Assembly (NCBI RefSeq): GCF_006345805.1
Contig: NC_043013.1
Coordinates: 45,446,001 to 45,510,000 of the forward strand
DNA from: Octopus sinensis
Taxonomy: Eukaryota
Direction: 5' to 3'
Length of the DNA: 64,000 bases
Positions 1 through 11,213 of this stretch are shown here, piece after piece. The number at the start of each line of letters is the position of its first letter. Position 1 is the first letter of the stretch. Below the pieces are notes generated by a model. It worked only from the letters and a program-made list of their open reading frames with translations, did not search any database and was not told the origin of the DNA. The position numbers and the translations under genes are program-made.

Positions 1-150
1 TGTTTACGTCCCCGTCACTTAGCGATTCGGCAAAAGAGACCGATAGAATAAATACTAGGCTTACAAAGAATAAGTCCTGGGGTCGATTTTCTCGGCTAAA
101 GGCGGTGCTCCAGCATGGCCACTGTCAAATGACTGAAACAAATAAAAGAG
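1..150 (+). mobile_element. SINE family B, 3' part (cut by window edge)
   Basis: Matches the 3' half of full copies at 25581, 43852 and 61197; ends GGCGGTGCTCCAGCATGGCC..CAGTCAAATGACTGAAACAAATAAAAGA. Confidence 0.85.
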
Positions 151-595
151 TAACTGTAAGTTACAAATGTTGAACATGGTGACAGCATATATCGAAAATT
201 CCCATACTTTTTTACTAGTTGTAACCCCAGGGCTGCAGCCATGCTGAGGCACCTGTACAGAAGCAGCAACTGCAGTCTGCTTCTGTGTAATATTGTCTTA
301 CATTCTGGGGTAGTCATATGCACCCAGTCAACTTATACGCCGACCTACAAATTATTAATATTTCGGATGCTGCTTAGCAATAAAGTCAGATGACTTTTAA
401 AAGAAAACTGCCATAGAGTCTTTTATTTACTTTTCTCAAAGTGTGAATTCTTTCAAGCACTGAATATGTCGCCCCGCGATGAACAAAAAACTATCAATTG
501 GGAAATTACTGACACATCATAGAATTATTTGTAAAATTCAAATGGTGTGAATCTCACCAAAATCAAAGCAGTTGTCTTCATTTGTTTATCTATGA

Positions 596-855
596 CAGTG
601 AATTTCAACCATTCTTTTTTTACCTGTGAACACCTTAGATCCCTATTTCACTCTACTGGACCACCATAACCATTTGATGTATATTAAAAAATCCTACTGT
701 ATTTTTATAATTAAATATTATTAGGAATTGTATAAAAGTAATTAATATATTTTGTGTATTGTAGAAGTATAAGAAATTTATTGCACGTAAATTTGAACAA
801 CAAAATCTTATATGGACCTCCATGGATTATATTGGACCCCGGTTGCGAACCACTG
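596..855. mobile_element. Old hAT (Charlie-type) MITE
   Basis: Imperfect TIRs CAGTGAATTTCAACC (596-610) and GGTTGCGAACCACTG (841-855) resemble the Charlie CAGTGGTTCCCAACC terminus; no TSD retained. Confidence 0.5.
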
Positions 856-1996
856 GTGTTATACATATTAAAACACAACACTAACCATTGCGAACTCTTT
901 CATTCCTCGGACTTACGAACGAGAAGTGATACAACGGTGTTAGAAGGTAATTGCCATGTAGTGTACTGTTCATACGTAGGCGAACTGTATGAAATATTTG
1001 GACTGGGAGATTTTGATGAATCGTTCTTTGATGCCAATTGCACCTTGAGTAATAAATCTTTTTATAACCATTTTGTATTCAGGAAACCGAATAAAAAAAG
1101 AGAAAAAAAAATTGATCGCGTTGCCAAATGCTACTGAGTTTGAATTCCACCTTCAAAAGCATTGCATGAAGAGACTTCTGGTTGCAGACAGATGTCTCTA
1201 AACTATGTTGTGTGTGAAATAAGGTCAAGATGCTCCTTATTGCTTTTCAGAAATGATATCTAGTCGAAAAGCAGTGAAGTATAATCACCAATCTTCTTTC
1301 CTAACAATGAAAAAATCTCAAAGTAACTGAATATGATGTGAAGCTCTTTCTGCGTGACCTTCAGTCTGTTTTTGAGAATCTGATACACATACATCAAGTG
1401 CAGACATCTCGTTCAAAATTGTAAGAACAATAAATTATTTTCATTAAAAAAAAAACGAAAAACGTTTACTGGACTATGTGATTAAATTCTATTATTTTTT
1501 TCTTTTTCTGAATTAATAACCTTGCCATTTTTAAATAAATAATTAAATAACCTCGCTTTTATCTTTATATTAAGAGTCTGCATTTTGAATTAAAAATAAA
1601 TTATTGATGATTTCTTTTAATCGACCAGATGCGATGATAGTTGGGAGTCGCTAGGAATACGTTATGAAAACCAAGGAAATGGTAAGAGAAAGTTTGAGTA
1701 CCACTCCCCTTAAACAGTTAGTTTCCTCAATCTGTTGATGTTCTTTGTGATTTCTGTCGATGTTTAGCTCTAAGTCAGCTTTGATCGAGCAGAGTTATGG
1801 CGAAAGGTGTTCCAGTCGTGACCATGCTATCTCATATATCTACATACATTCTTCCATGTGTTGTTCTTTTTATGAATGTCAATATTCAAATCGAATGGAT
1901 TTAGCTGCTATTTTTAGCACGTTAAGCGATCACGAAGAAGCCCCTTATATGTTGAAGGTTTTTGAAGAAGTCAAAATATGAATCAACATTTAGCAG

Positions 1997-2129
1997 TTAG
2001 CCAATAACCTTCCCTGTCTCAAATTAACCAATAACATTCCCTGTCTCAAATTAGCCAATAACATTCCGTCTCAAATTAGCCAATGAAATTCCCTGTCTCA
2101 AATTAGCCAATGACATTCCCTGTCTCAAA
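1997..2129 (+). repeat. 27-bp minisatellite, 5 copies, each with a CCAAT motif
   Basis: Unit TTAGCCAATRACATTCCCTGTCTCAAA repeated 5 times (one copy 25 bp). Confidence 0.9.
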
Positions 2130-2382
2130 TGAGCCGAGAACGAACCAGTAGAAAATACGAAGGACGCAATATAAAAATGTTTTATATGGGGTTTTTCAGT
2201 GAAGATGTCCATGCAAGCAAGTTTCTTCTCTCTGTGTCAACGATGTTGTCAAAGCGAAAAACAAGGCTTGATTCTGGTCAGCACCAATAACTCCGCGGAC
2301 CACCAGAACACAAAGGGACAGAAACAGATAATGCAATGCATCTCATCTGGTGCTCTGTATTCTGTGAATTCACCGCCATGGT

Positions 2383-2495
2383 CTGGTACTTTATTGATCG
2401 ACCCTGAAAGGATAAAGGCAGACTTGACCTTGGTGGGATTTGAAATCAGAGCGCAGAGAGCCGAAATAAGGACCACAAGGCAGAGGCGTTGCCAG
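2383..2495 (-). mobile_element. SINE family A, degenerate
   Basis: Diverged match to the CTGGTACTT..CGACCCCGAAAGGATGAAAGGCAAAGTCGACC core of family A. Confidence 0.55.
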
Positions 2496-2600
2496 GTTCT
2501 AAGTTAACGGGAGGAAACACATAAAAAAGGGGGCCGTGACACATACAAAACAATTTTAAATTAATTTCTCTTATATTACGTGAAGTAGTTCATTAGTTAC

Positions 2601-2955
2601 ATCTCTATATTTATAAAACTGAGAATGTGTGTCTATCTGTCTGTATGTTTGTCTGTCTGTGTGTTTCCCTAAAACTTGAGAACTACACAACCAATTTCAT
2701 TCAAATTTTACACACGCCTTACTTAAAGTCCGGGGAGTGTCATCATCAAAAACTTTTTTTAGCTTTTTACCTAGGGCGAGCCTACAGCAATATCATATCT
2801 TCTCCGCTCTGATTCCCTAAAACTTGAAAACTACACAACCAATTTCATTCAAATTTTACACATGCCTTACTTAGGGTCCATGTAGTGTCATGGGCAAAAA
2901 AAATGTTTAACTTCTTGCCTAGAGCGAGCCCACAGCAATATCATATCTTCTCCAC
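2601..2955 (-). mobile_element. Helitron/HINE-like non-autonomous element with internal ~157-bp tandem duplication
   Basis: Terminus ATCTCTATATTTATAAAA plus (TGTC)n, like the ..TATAGAGAT ends of other HINE-like copies; block TTCCCTAAAACTTGA..CAGCAATATCATATCTTCTCC occurs twice. Confidence 0.5.
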
Positions 2956-3515
2956 TATTTCAGTATTACGTGTTAAAAGTGAAACAAAAACGTTTCTCTA
3001 TTTTATGTCAGATACTTTCACTTTAACAATAAAAATAATAATAACAATTGAATTATTTGTAGTAAGTAATAATTAAAATCAAACTAAAGTATAATATAAT
3101 CGTAACATAAGAAAAGTAAAAATAGCAATTGCTATAAAATTGCATCAATGATTTGAACTTGAATAAGTGGTTTCACTATTTCAGTATTACGTGTTAAAAG
3201 TGAAACAAAAACATTTCTCTATTGTATGTATATGTATGTATATATATATATATATATATATTACAAAATATAAAGTTATATCTTGAGATCGTTAGTGACA
3301 ACAACGCTCAAAATATATAACAGACTGGAATAGTACTGCTCAAATGAGCTGTATACACCTTTTAATTCGAGGGGAGGCAATGCGAGCAGCAACTACAAGA
3401 GTACTACAAAATCCACAGAAATAATAAACACATATACATATATTCATATATATCTACAGAACAGACATAAAGTTATACCAAACTTATATACCAAACTAGC
3501 ACTATGACCCGGCAA

Positions 3516-3654
3516 TTGGTACTTATTTAAACGACCCCGAAAGGATGAAAGGTAAAGTCGACCTCGGCGGAATTTGAACTCAGAACGTAGCGGCAGACGA
3601 AATACCGCAAAGCTTTTTGCCCAATGTGCTTCGCGACTCTGCCAGCTCGCCGCC
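3516..3654 (-). mobile_element. SINE family A (tRNA head plus conserved central domain)
   Basis: Reverse complement of GGCGGCGAGCTGGCAGA..GTTCTGAGTTCAAATTCCGCCGAGGTCGACTTT..CATCCTTTCGGGGTCG; B-box-like GTTCAAATTCC. Preceded by a 21-bp hairpin-Helitron end (3495-3515). Confidence 0.85.
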
Positions 3655-3700
3655 TTTTTGCGGTTATATATTTACAGCTAAGATTTTAACGCAAAGAATA

Positions 3701-3897
3701 TTCCTTTTTAATCTAGGCACAAGGCTCGAAATTTTGGGGCCAGCTGATTACATCGACCTCAGTACGCAACTGGTACTTAATTTATCGACCCCGAAAGGAT
3801 GAAAGGTAAAGTCGACCTCGGCGGAATTTGAACTCAGAACGTAAAGACAGACGAAGTATTTCGCCCGGCGTGCTAACGTTTCTGCCAGCGCATCGCC
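3701..3897 (-). mobile_element. SINE family A
   Basis: Same head and core as above plus ..GCCTTGTGCCTAGATTAAAAAGGAAT tail. Confidence 0.85.
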
Positions 3898-3998
3898 TTT
3901 TTTATGCAAATAATATTAGACAATATAAGCAGAAAACGAGGTGCAGATCAATTAAATTCAGCGTTCACGTAAATATATCCCTGTCCAGTTGGTATCCA

Positions 3999-4430
3999 GG
4001 ATCTTTTCGGTTTGAACGGCAGTTTTTTAAAATAATTTCCACGTAACTAAACACTTTCAAACTTCGTATACTGGTAGAATGTGTTTATAAAACATCTTTT
4101 TCTCTTGGCTTTATTGAGAAAATTCTATAGTTTGTAAGATATTTGTTGTTTTTTTTCTTCAATTTCTGCAATTTCAACCAATCAATGACGTCTATTGAGG
4201 TAAAAAAACATTCTGTGCCGTATGAATATGTCCCTCGTTTAAGAAACAGATTGGGTTTATTTACATTTGTGAAGAAAAAAGATACCCTTCCCCCACCCTT
4301 AACCCTAACCCTAACTAACCGTAAGCCTAAAACAGATCGAAATGCAATAGATCGATACTAGGGTCATAATTATGGGTGACAATTTCATATGACACCGCTA
4401 GAAAAACTGCCGTTCAAACCGAAAAGATCC
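3999..4430 (+). mobile_element. Merlin-like MITE copy 1
   Basis: TIR GGATCTTTTCGGTTTGAACGGCAGTTTTT; perfect 8-bp TSD GGTATCCA (3991-3998 / 4431-4438). Confidence 0.9.
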
Positions 4431-4577
4431 GGTATCCATAATACTTTTAGTTCTGTGAATATGTCTCATGATTGTTTCTAAGAATTGACAAAACATATTT
4501 ACAGTTCTTCCCCCTCTCTCTATCTATCTATCTATCTCTCTTTCATTCTCTTTCTCCTTCTCTCTCTCTTCTCTGTT

Positions 4578-4615
<38 letters not shown>

Positions 4616-4789
4616 ATTCCTTTAAGCATTTCCTTTGTAACTATAAATAGCACTATGTCTTTTGAAATTTTAACTCGTTAACTTTGTAAAATTTCGTATA
4701 ACTGGGTCAACCTCTTGAGTGTGTCTAGAGAGTTCTTGAATCTTTGTCTTTGAGTGCCGTACGTACATGCACACACACACACACACACA

Positions 4790-4820
<31 letters not shown>

Positions 4821-4916
4821 CACACAGAGTTTCAATGTCATGATATGCGAAACGCGAAAGCGGTAGACCATCATAATATTGTATTCTTTAAAATATATTG
4901 TATCATTTAAAAAAAA

Positions 4917-5147
4917 GGCGGCAAGCTGGCAGAAACGTTAGCATGCTGGGCGAAATGCGTAGCCGTATTTCGTCTGCCTTTACGTTCTGGGTTCAAATTC
5001 CGCCAAGGTCGACTTTGCCTTTCATCCTTTCGGAGTCGATTAAATAAGTACCAGTTACGCACTGGGGTCAATGTAATCGACTTAATCCGTTTCTTTGTCC
5101 TTGTTTGTCCCCTCTATGTTTAGCCCCTTTGTTGGTAGTAAAGAAAT
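4917..5147 (+). mobile_element. SINE family A, full length, with 22-bp TSD
   Basis: Full head, core and tail; ATATATTGTATCATTTAAAAAA at 4893-4914 and 5148-5169. Confidence 0.9.
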
Positions 5148-5422
5148 ATATATTGTATCATTTAAAAAATATTTCTTTTGAAAAAATCATGCTGTTTTCT
5201 CTTCTTTCTCTTACTATCTAGATACCGATAACTTCCAACTTGCTCCCGTTAGAAGCCATATCCCCCCTCTCTCTCTCACCTCCTCCCCTTCTTCGTCTTT
5301 CTGTCACTATCTTTGACGGGCTTCAAACTTTCAACAGAAAGATGAACATCTTTTTTTCACCGCTAGATTGTTCTCTGTTTCTAACACAGTTATTTATTAC
5401 TATATGCATAAACGACAAAAGC

Positions 5423-5838
5423 GGATCTTTCCGGTTTGAACGGCAGTTTTTAACATAACTTCTAGGTAACTACAAAATTTTAAACTTCGTATACTGGTAG
5501 AATGTGTTTATAAAACATCTTTTTATCTTGGCTTTATTGAGAAAATTCTATAATTTGTAAGATATTTGTTGTTGTTTTTCTTCAATTTCTGCAATTTCAA
5601 CCAATCAATGACGTCTATTGAGTTAAAAAGCATTCTGTGCCGTATGAATATGTCCCTCGTTTAAGAAACAGATTTGGTTTATTTACATTTGTGAAGAAAA
5701 AAGATACCCTTCTCCCCACCCCTAACCCTAACCCTAAAACAAATTGAAATGCAATAAATCGATACTAGGGTCATAATTATGGGTGACAATTTCATATGAC
5801 ACCGCTTGAAAAAAATGCTGTTCAAACCGAAAAGATCC
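5423..5838 (+). mobile_element. Merlin-like MITE copy 2
   Basis: Both TIRs present; flanks ACAAAAGC / GGCACCTA, so no TSD. Confidence 0.9.
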
Positions 5839-6185
5839 GGCACCTATAATTCCATCTTGCTCCCGTTCTTCTCGTAACCCTCTCACCCACCCTCAACTAC
5901 CACCAGATAAGCCAAACAACTCATGTGAGTAGTCGTTTGCCACAAGGTTTTGGTCCTTAGGCAACAGCCCCAAATAAAATAAAATAAAACAAAATAAAAT
6001 TACAACCCTAGAAATAAGCTACCTTCGGCTCATTTTAGTCTTTTATCTTCTACAACTAAATCTACTGTTAAAAATCCTCATCTTTTCTCTCTTCTCTCTG
6101 TACCTCTGTCTCACCCCACTCCCCTTTTATTTATTTATTTAATTATTTCTCCTCCCCACCTGTTTTTACAGGTGCCAGATGCCCC

Positions 6186-6349
6186 CTTTCTTTCTTTCTT
6201 TCTTCTTTCTTTCTTTCTTCTTTCTTTCTTTCTTTCTCTCTTCCTTCCTTTCTCTCTTTCTTTCTTTCTTTCTTTCTTCCTTTCTTTCTTTCTTTCTTTC
6301 TTTCTCTCTTTCTTTCTTTCTTTCTTCTTTCTTTCTTTCTTTCTTTCTC

Positions 6350-6382
<33 letters not shown>

Positions 6383-6424
6383 TTTCTTTCTTCCTTCCTT
6401 CTTTCTTCTTCTTTCTTTCTTTTT

Positions 6425-6470
<46 letters not shown>
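6186..6470 (+). repeat. (TTTC)n polypyrimidine microsatellite
   Basis: Direct reading; source of the F/L/S-rich ORFs 6172 and 6179. Confidence 0.95.
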
Positions 6471-6859
6471 TTTATCGCTCTCTCTCGCTCTTTCTTTGTT
6501 TTCTCTTTTTCCTCACAGGTACCAGATGTCCCCTCTTCCTTACTTCCTTCCTTTCTTTATCTCTCTCTCTCTTTTTTTATAGGTGCCAGATGTCGGGCCG
6601 TCGGCGACTAAATCGGCAACCCCATAGAGCTTTCTCTGTGAGTAGGGTGTTTATGTTTTTTTGCTATTTGGTCATCCTGCTGGATTAAGTACAAGACCCG
6701 TCAAAGGGCGGATGAACTCTGAAGAGTCAACAACCATCCAACTAAGCAATTGTCTTTAATAGTTATGCTGCTTATTAAGCCCTTACCAGCTTAAGACAGC
6801 AGCAACAGATAACAACCCCGCTGCCTTGCAGCAATACTCACTTAAGGGAAAGGCTTCGG

Positions 6860-7258
6860 GGTTCTTTTCTGTTTGAACGGTAGTTTTTTCTAGCGGTGTC
6901 ATATGAAATTGTCACCCATAATTATGACCCTAGTATCGATCTATTGCATTTCAATCTGTTTTAGGGTTAGGGTTAGGGTTAGGGTTAGGGGTGAGGGAAG
7001 GGTATCTTTTTTCTTCAGAAATGTAAATAAACCCAATCTGTTTCTTAAACGAGGGACATATTCATACGGCACAGAATGTTTTCACCTCAATAGACGTCAT
7101 TGATTGGTTGAAATTGCACAAATTGACTATAGAATTTTCTCAATAAAGCCAAGAGAAAAAGATGTTTTATAAACACATTCTACCAGTATACGAAGTTTAA
7201 ACGTGTTTAGTTACGTGGAAATTATTTTAAAAAACTGCCGTTCAAACCGAAAAGATCC
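6860..7258 (-). mobile_element. Merlin-like MITE copy 3, with (TTAGGG)5
   Basis: Reverse orientation; TSD GGCTTCGG (6852-6859 / 7259-7266); TTAGGG x5 at 6961-6990. Confidence 0.9.
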
Positions 7259-7599
7259 GGCTTCGGGGTTCTTTTCTGTTTGGCTGCCAGCGTCAATTTT
7301 CTGTTCGAACTGATTTCATATTCAGTGTAATGATACATTTTTATAAGCTAATTAATGACGTGAAAGTGATTTTCGCTATAAACCAAAAAATAAAGAGTTA
7401 TTGGTAATTAAAGTTTGAAAATTTTGGTAATTTTAGCCAATTGTAAGCCATAGACACATTCATGGCTGTTTCGATAGTAAGAAGCGGAACATAAGAGCTC
7501 TTTTGCCTGTTGCCATAGTAACAGTTTTTGAAATGTCTTTTATCTGCGAGGAAGCACGTTGACAAATTTGACGCTGTGTTCTGTGTGATTATGCAGCAA

Positions 7600-7788
7600 G
7601 CTCCAGTAACTTCGCTTCTATTATGAAAAAATTGAAACCAGAGGAAGATATTGTGTCGTACCTTCAAGAAAAGGGTGTTATATCAAAAAGAAAATGATGT
7701 AAAAAGATGCATTTTATGTGTACGAAAAGACGTGGTGGAAACATGTTCTGACGATGCCCACTGCTTAAATGTTTGTTTTTTAAGCAAA
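7600..7788 (+). pseudogene. Merlin/IS1595-like transposase N-terminal remnant
   Basis: Frame from 7623 reads MKKLKPEEDIVSYLQEKGVISKRK*CKKMHFMCTKRRGGNMF*RCPLLKC, resembling the recalled Merlin pattern EE.AI.(F/Y)LQE.G...R.C..M..WRC..C; two in-frame stops. Confidence 0.45.
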
Positions 7789-8268
7789 TCGTAAATCCTC
7801 GAGTATAGTCCGCCCTTGAGTGTAATATGCAGGGGACTTTTAGGGAGTTGTACCTCTGAAAAACTTAAACATTGTGTATAATACGCACCCCTTCTCTAAC
7901 TTGAGTCAAGGAGGTCTTTATAACGTCCTTGGTTTGTAAACATGTATACGGTAACGTCCTTTATTATTATTGTATATATGACATAATGCAAACGTGTAGC
8001 TTTTTTGTGCATTTTGTTTGCATAAAATAAAGAAATAACAGTAATAATGTTTAATAAATGTTGCTTACTGCAAGTTATGGAGGATTTAAGGTATTTTCAC
8101 GCCCGACATCCTAAAATGTGTCTGAATAAACATTGCCGGACAGCAAATAGAGACTCGGACATTGCTTAGAAAATATTTTTCATTTTTAACCTCGTATATA
8201 GTACGCACTAGGGATTTTGACCTTTAAATTTTTGGGGAAAAATGCGGATTATACTCGAGGATTTACGG
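7789..8268. mobile_element. Tc1/mariner-superfamily (pogo/Tigger-like) MITE
   Basis: TIRs (T)CGTAAATCCTCGAGTATAGTCCGC / GCGGATTATACTCGAGGATTTACGG followed by TA. Confidence 0.75.
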
Positions 8269-8719
8269 TATTTAAACTGTGATTAAACATATTTAAATTG
8301 TAAAGTGTTTATTGCACGTAACCTGTTGTCCATCGCATTTGCATTAAGTGTATATTGAATGCTTAAATGTTTGTTTACTTGTTTTCTTTTTGTCATTGAG
8401 CATTGAGGTGGTTGTGAGGTGTGCTAAAAATAACAGCTAAATAAAATTTTTTTGATAAATCTTTTAAATTGACATAAACATTTATTTACATGAAAGAAAA
8501 TTACCGGAGGCATAACACGTGTTGTTTACAAATATTGACAACACGTACTGTTTTCAGGATATTGACGACAAAATACAGGAACGAGAGGGCGGCCCGCTCC
8601 AGGTGAAGCTTTTACGAGGCAGCACCTTTGGATCTGCTGTGCAAGCCTGTATAGTGGTGGCATACACAAGGGCTACTCCTACAGGCTGGACCCTTAACTT
8701 TATGCTATAAGTAACGGTA

Positions 8720-9095
8720 GCACTGTCAAATAAGGCCAATGGATGATGTACGGAATGGTGTATTGTAGAATCGTCCAAGACCATCAGATGCTGCTCTCAG
8801 ACGTTGGTCATTATGTGCTTCCAATTCTGTCTTGATTGCACCATTCTTTTCCATCTTGACCCAAATTGCTTGACCAAATCTTCTTCCTATCGTCGTGGAA
8901 GCCTTCCAGGTAGTCTTTTCCAATCTCTTGGTTACTATCCGGAAATTTGCACGAGTCTACCTGTTGTTTGTGAATCATATGACATGTCCGGCGCAGCAGA
9001 ACTCGTGCTTTCGAAACCCTACGATCACATCGTTCACTCCGCTCCGTTCTCGAATTATCTCATTTTGAATGTGTTCCCTTAATGATATTCCTAGC
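8720..9095 (-). mobile_element. RTE-clade LINE 3' end remnant
   Basis: Minus strand reads LREHIQNEIIRERSGVNDVIVGFRKHEFCCAGHVI*FTNNR*TRA, matching the RTE C-terminal WAGHVAR..DNRWT motif; stops and frameshifts. Confidence 0.75.
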
Positions 9096-9554
9096 ACGGA
9101 TATTTCTATGGCCCCTTGCGTCATAGTCAGTCGATGCTCTATCCTCTTCGTACGGAATGTTATATGAAAAAAACTTTCTTAACTGAAATTTTTTTCATAG
9201 TTAGAGAAAGGAAACTAAAACCTAACGGTAAATATTAGTTTCTTTCAACAAAAAGAGAGATAAATTCAATAAATTAAGAATTAATCTCGTAAAGTGAATT
9301 TACATGCCCGAAAGAAAGTGTGATGTTGCTTGCAGGCAAGAGACAACTCTGGATATGTTTTGACCTATTAACCTTTAAAATTCACAAGTGGTTCGTTAGC
9401 AACAATGCTGAGTTTAACTCTTTCCATGGGCCCGTGAAAGGCAATCGGGGAAACCACTCCTTTATAATCTTGCCGAGAAATACTGTAATGAAAAGCCAAT
9501 TTTTCAGAGTTGTGCTCAAGTAACCATCAAAGTTATAGAACTTAATGATGACAA

Positions 9555-10050
9555 CTCCTCTGCCTCCTCCTCTTCCTCCTCCTCCTCTACCTCATCTACC
9601 TCTTCCTCCTCCTCTTCTTACTCCTCTGCCTCCTCTTTTTCTCCTCTTCGGCCTCCTACCCCCTCCTCTTCGGCCTCCTACCCCTCCTCCTCTGCCTTCT
9701 ACCCCACCCCTGCTTCCTCCTTCCCTCTGCTTCCTCCTCCTTCTCTTCCTCCTCTCCTCTTCTCCCCCCTTGATCCTCCTCCTCTGAATACTCCACTTCC
9801 CCTCCCTTATTCGCCCCTCCTCCCCTGCTCCCTTCTTTCTCCTCTTAAACCCCTCTTCTTTCTCTCCTCCTTCTCTCTTCTCCTCCTCCCTTCTTCCCTC
9901 CTTTTCTTTTCCCCTCCCCCTTCACTTGCTTCCTCATGTTCCTGTACTCCTCCCACTTTTCTCATCTTCCTGTTTGTTGCTGTTGTTGTTGTTCTTCTTC
10001 TTCATCTTCCACTCTTCCTTCTCCCTGCCCCCCCCCCACTTCCCTTCCTC
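9555..10050 (+). repeat. Degenerate (CCT)n / pyrimidine-rich low-complexity tract
   Basis: Direct reading; explains the poly-Pro ORF 9545. Confidence 0.9.
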
Positions 10051-10104
10051 CTTCTTCAATTCGAGTCACATCCATGATGCACCATAAGAATATAAATTGA
10101 TCCA

Positions 10105-10250
10105 CCAATTGACTGGCACTTTATTTTATCGATCAGAAGGGATGGAAGATAAAATTGTTCTGAAAGAGAAGATTGAAAGTAAAAGACCATAACTAAATTA
10201 AATACTGCAAAACATTTTACTCGACGCACTTACAGTTCTTTCAATTCACT
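10105..10250 (-). mobile_element. SINE family A, highly degenerate
   Basis: ACTGGCACTTTATTTTATCGATCAGAAGGGATGGAAG resembles the family A core. Confidence 0.45.
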
Positions 10251-10402
10251 GCATTTTCAAAACCAAATCTCTATTTTTCAGTGCCATTGTCAATGCATAA
10301 ACTGTCCGCCAGTAGGCAAAAATACGACACTTTGCCGAATTGGGCTGTTAAAAAAAAAAGAAAATTAAGAAAAAAATATAAGATGAAGACTCTAAAAAAA
10401 CT

Positions 10403-10746
10403 TTACGGAGATGTACTCGCATAGCAAGTCGTTTTGATCTGAGATCGTGTGCTGGAACGAAAACAATTGCAGCGTGGAAGGTGTTTGTAAGCCATTTAAG
10501 AAACACACAAAAGCCGTTCGATTCACTTCAACATCTAAATTTAATTTGTCAAAATATTTTCGTCGCTAAAATCCGCGACCTGTTCACTGACAAAAATCAG
10601 ATGCAGCACGGATTTTTGTCAGTGAACAGGTCGCGGATTTTAGCGACGAAAATATTTTGACAAATTAAACTTAAATGTTGAAGTGAATCGAACGGCTTTT
10701 GTGTGTTTCTTAAATGGCTTACAAACACCTTCCACGCTGCAATTGT
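10403..10746. mobile_element. Asymmetric snap-back element, copy 1
   Basis: ~60-bp unpaired leader, then ~136-bp arms (10463-10598 / 10611-10746); flanked by TCTAAAAAAACT / TCTAAAAAAAAACT. Confidence 0.85.
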
Positions 10747-10835
10747 CTAAAAAAAAACTGTAGCATATAAATCCACACAAGGAAGATAGACTGTCGTTAA
10801 ACCAGATAGCTTAAACCAGGAAGTGCCTCGTGAAA

Positions 10836-11213
10836 ATCTCTCTCTATATAAACAGCAGTTTGTCTGTGCGTTTTCTGTGTGTTTGCTTGTACCCTCACCC
10901 TGACCACGGCTTTCAACCGATTCTGATGAAACTTGACACACACATAGCCCAATGTCATAATTCAAAACTAATGCAGCGAAAATTTTGAAAAGTTCCCCCA
11001 GTTCTGAAAAAAATCGATAAATTCGACATGGGGTCGAGAATCAGAAACACAAACCGCAAACTATCTAGGGGACGCAACTCCACCTTTTTAACTAAAAAAA
11101 AATTTACCATCATTTTTTTCCATTTTTTTGCTATGTTTTGGTTATAACTCTCTAAAAATGCTTTATAGTTATTTCCCTTACAAACCTGAGCAACGCCGGG
11201 CGATACTGCTAGT
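10836..11213 (-). mobile_element. Lep1/HINE-like Helitron-type element (variant body)
   Basis: Terminus rc ACTAGCAGTATCGCCCGGCGTTGCTCAGG with short hairpin; other end ..TATATAGAGAGAGAT with (GACA)n. Confidence 0.65.

Noticed and set aside
754-1137. 127-aa ORF
   Set aside because: Starts inside a hAT MITE, has no ATG start and no recognisable domain.
4917-4990. tRNA genes suggested by A/B boxes (also 20352, 25581, 41224)
   Set aside because: No complete cloverleaf; each continues into a repeated SINE body and tail.
6172-6688. Long F/L/S, Y/I, H/T, C/V, poly-E and poly-P ORFs (also 9545, 23519, 31122-31462, 40530, 42460, 46271, 58695-59692, 63192-63725)
   Set aside because: Translations of microsatellites or low-complexity DNA.
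6961-6990. True telomere or chromosome-fusion scar
   Set aside because: Only 5 repeats, at a fixed position inside a TIR/TSD-bounded MITE.
8559-8603. Possible micro-exon TTTTCAG|DIDDKIQEREGGPLQ|GTGAAG
   Set aside because: Lies among TE debris, has a weak donor and no supporting partner exons.
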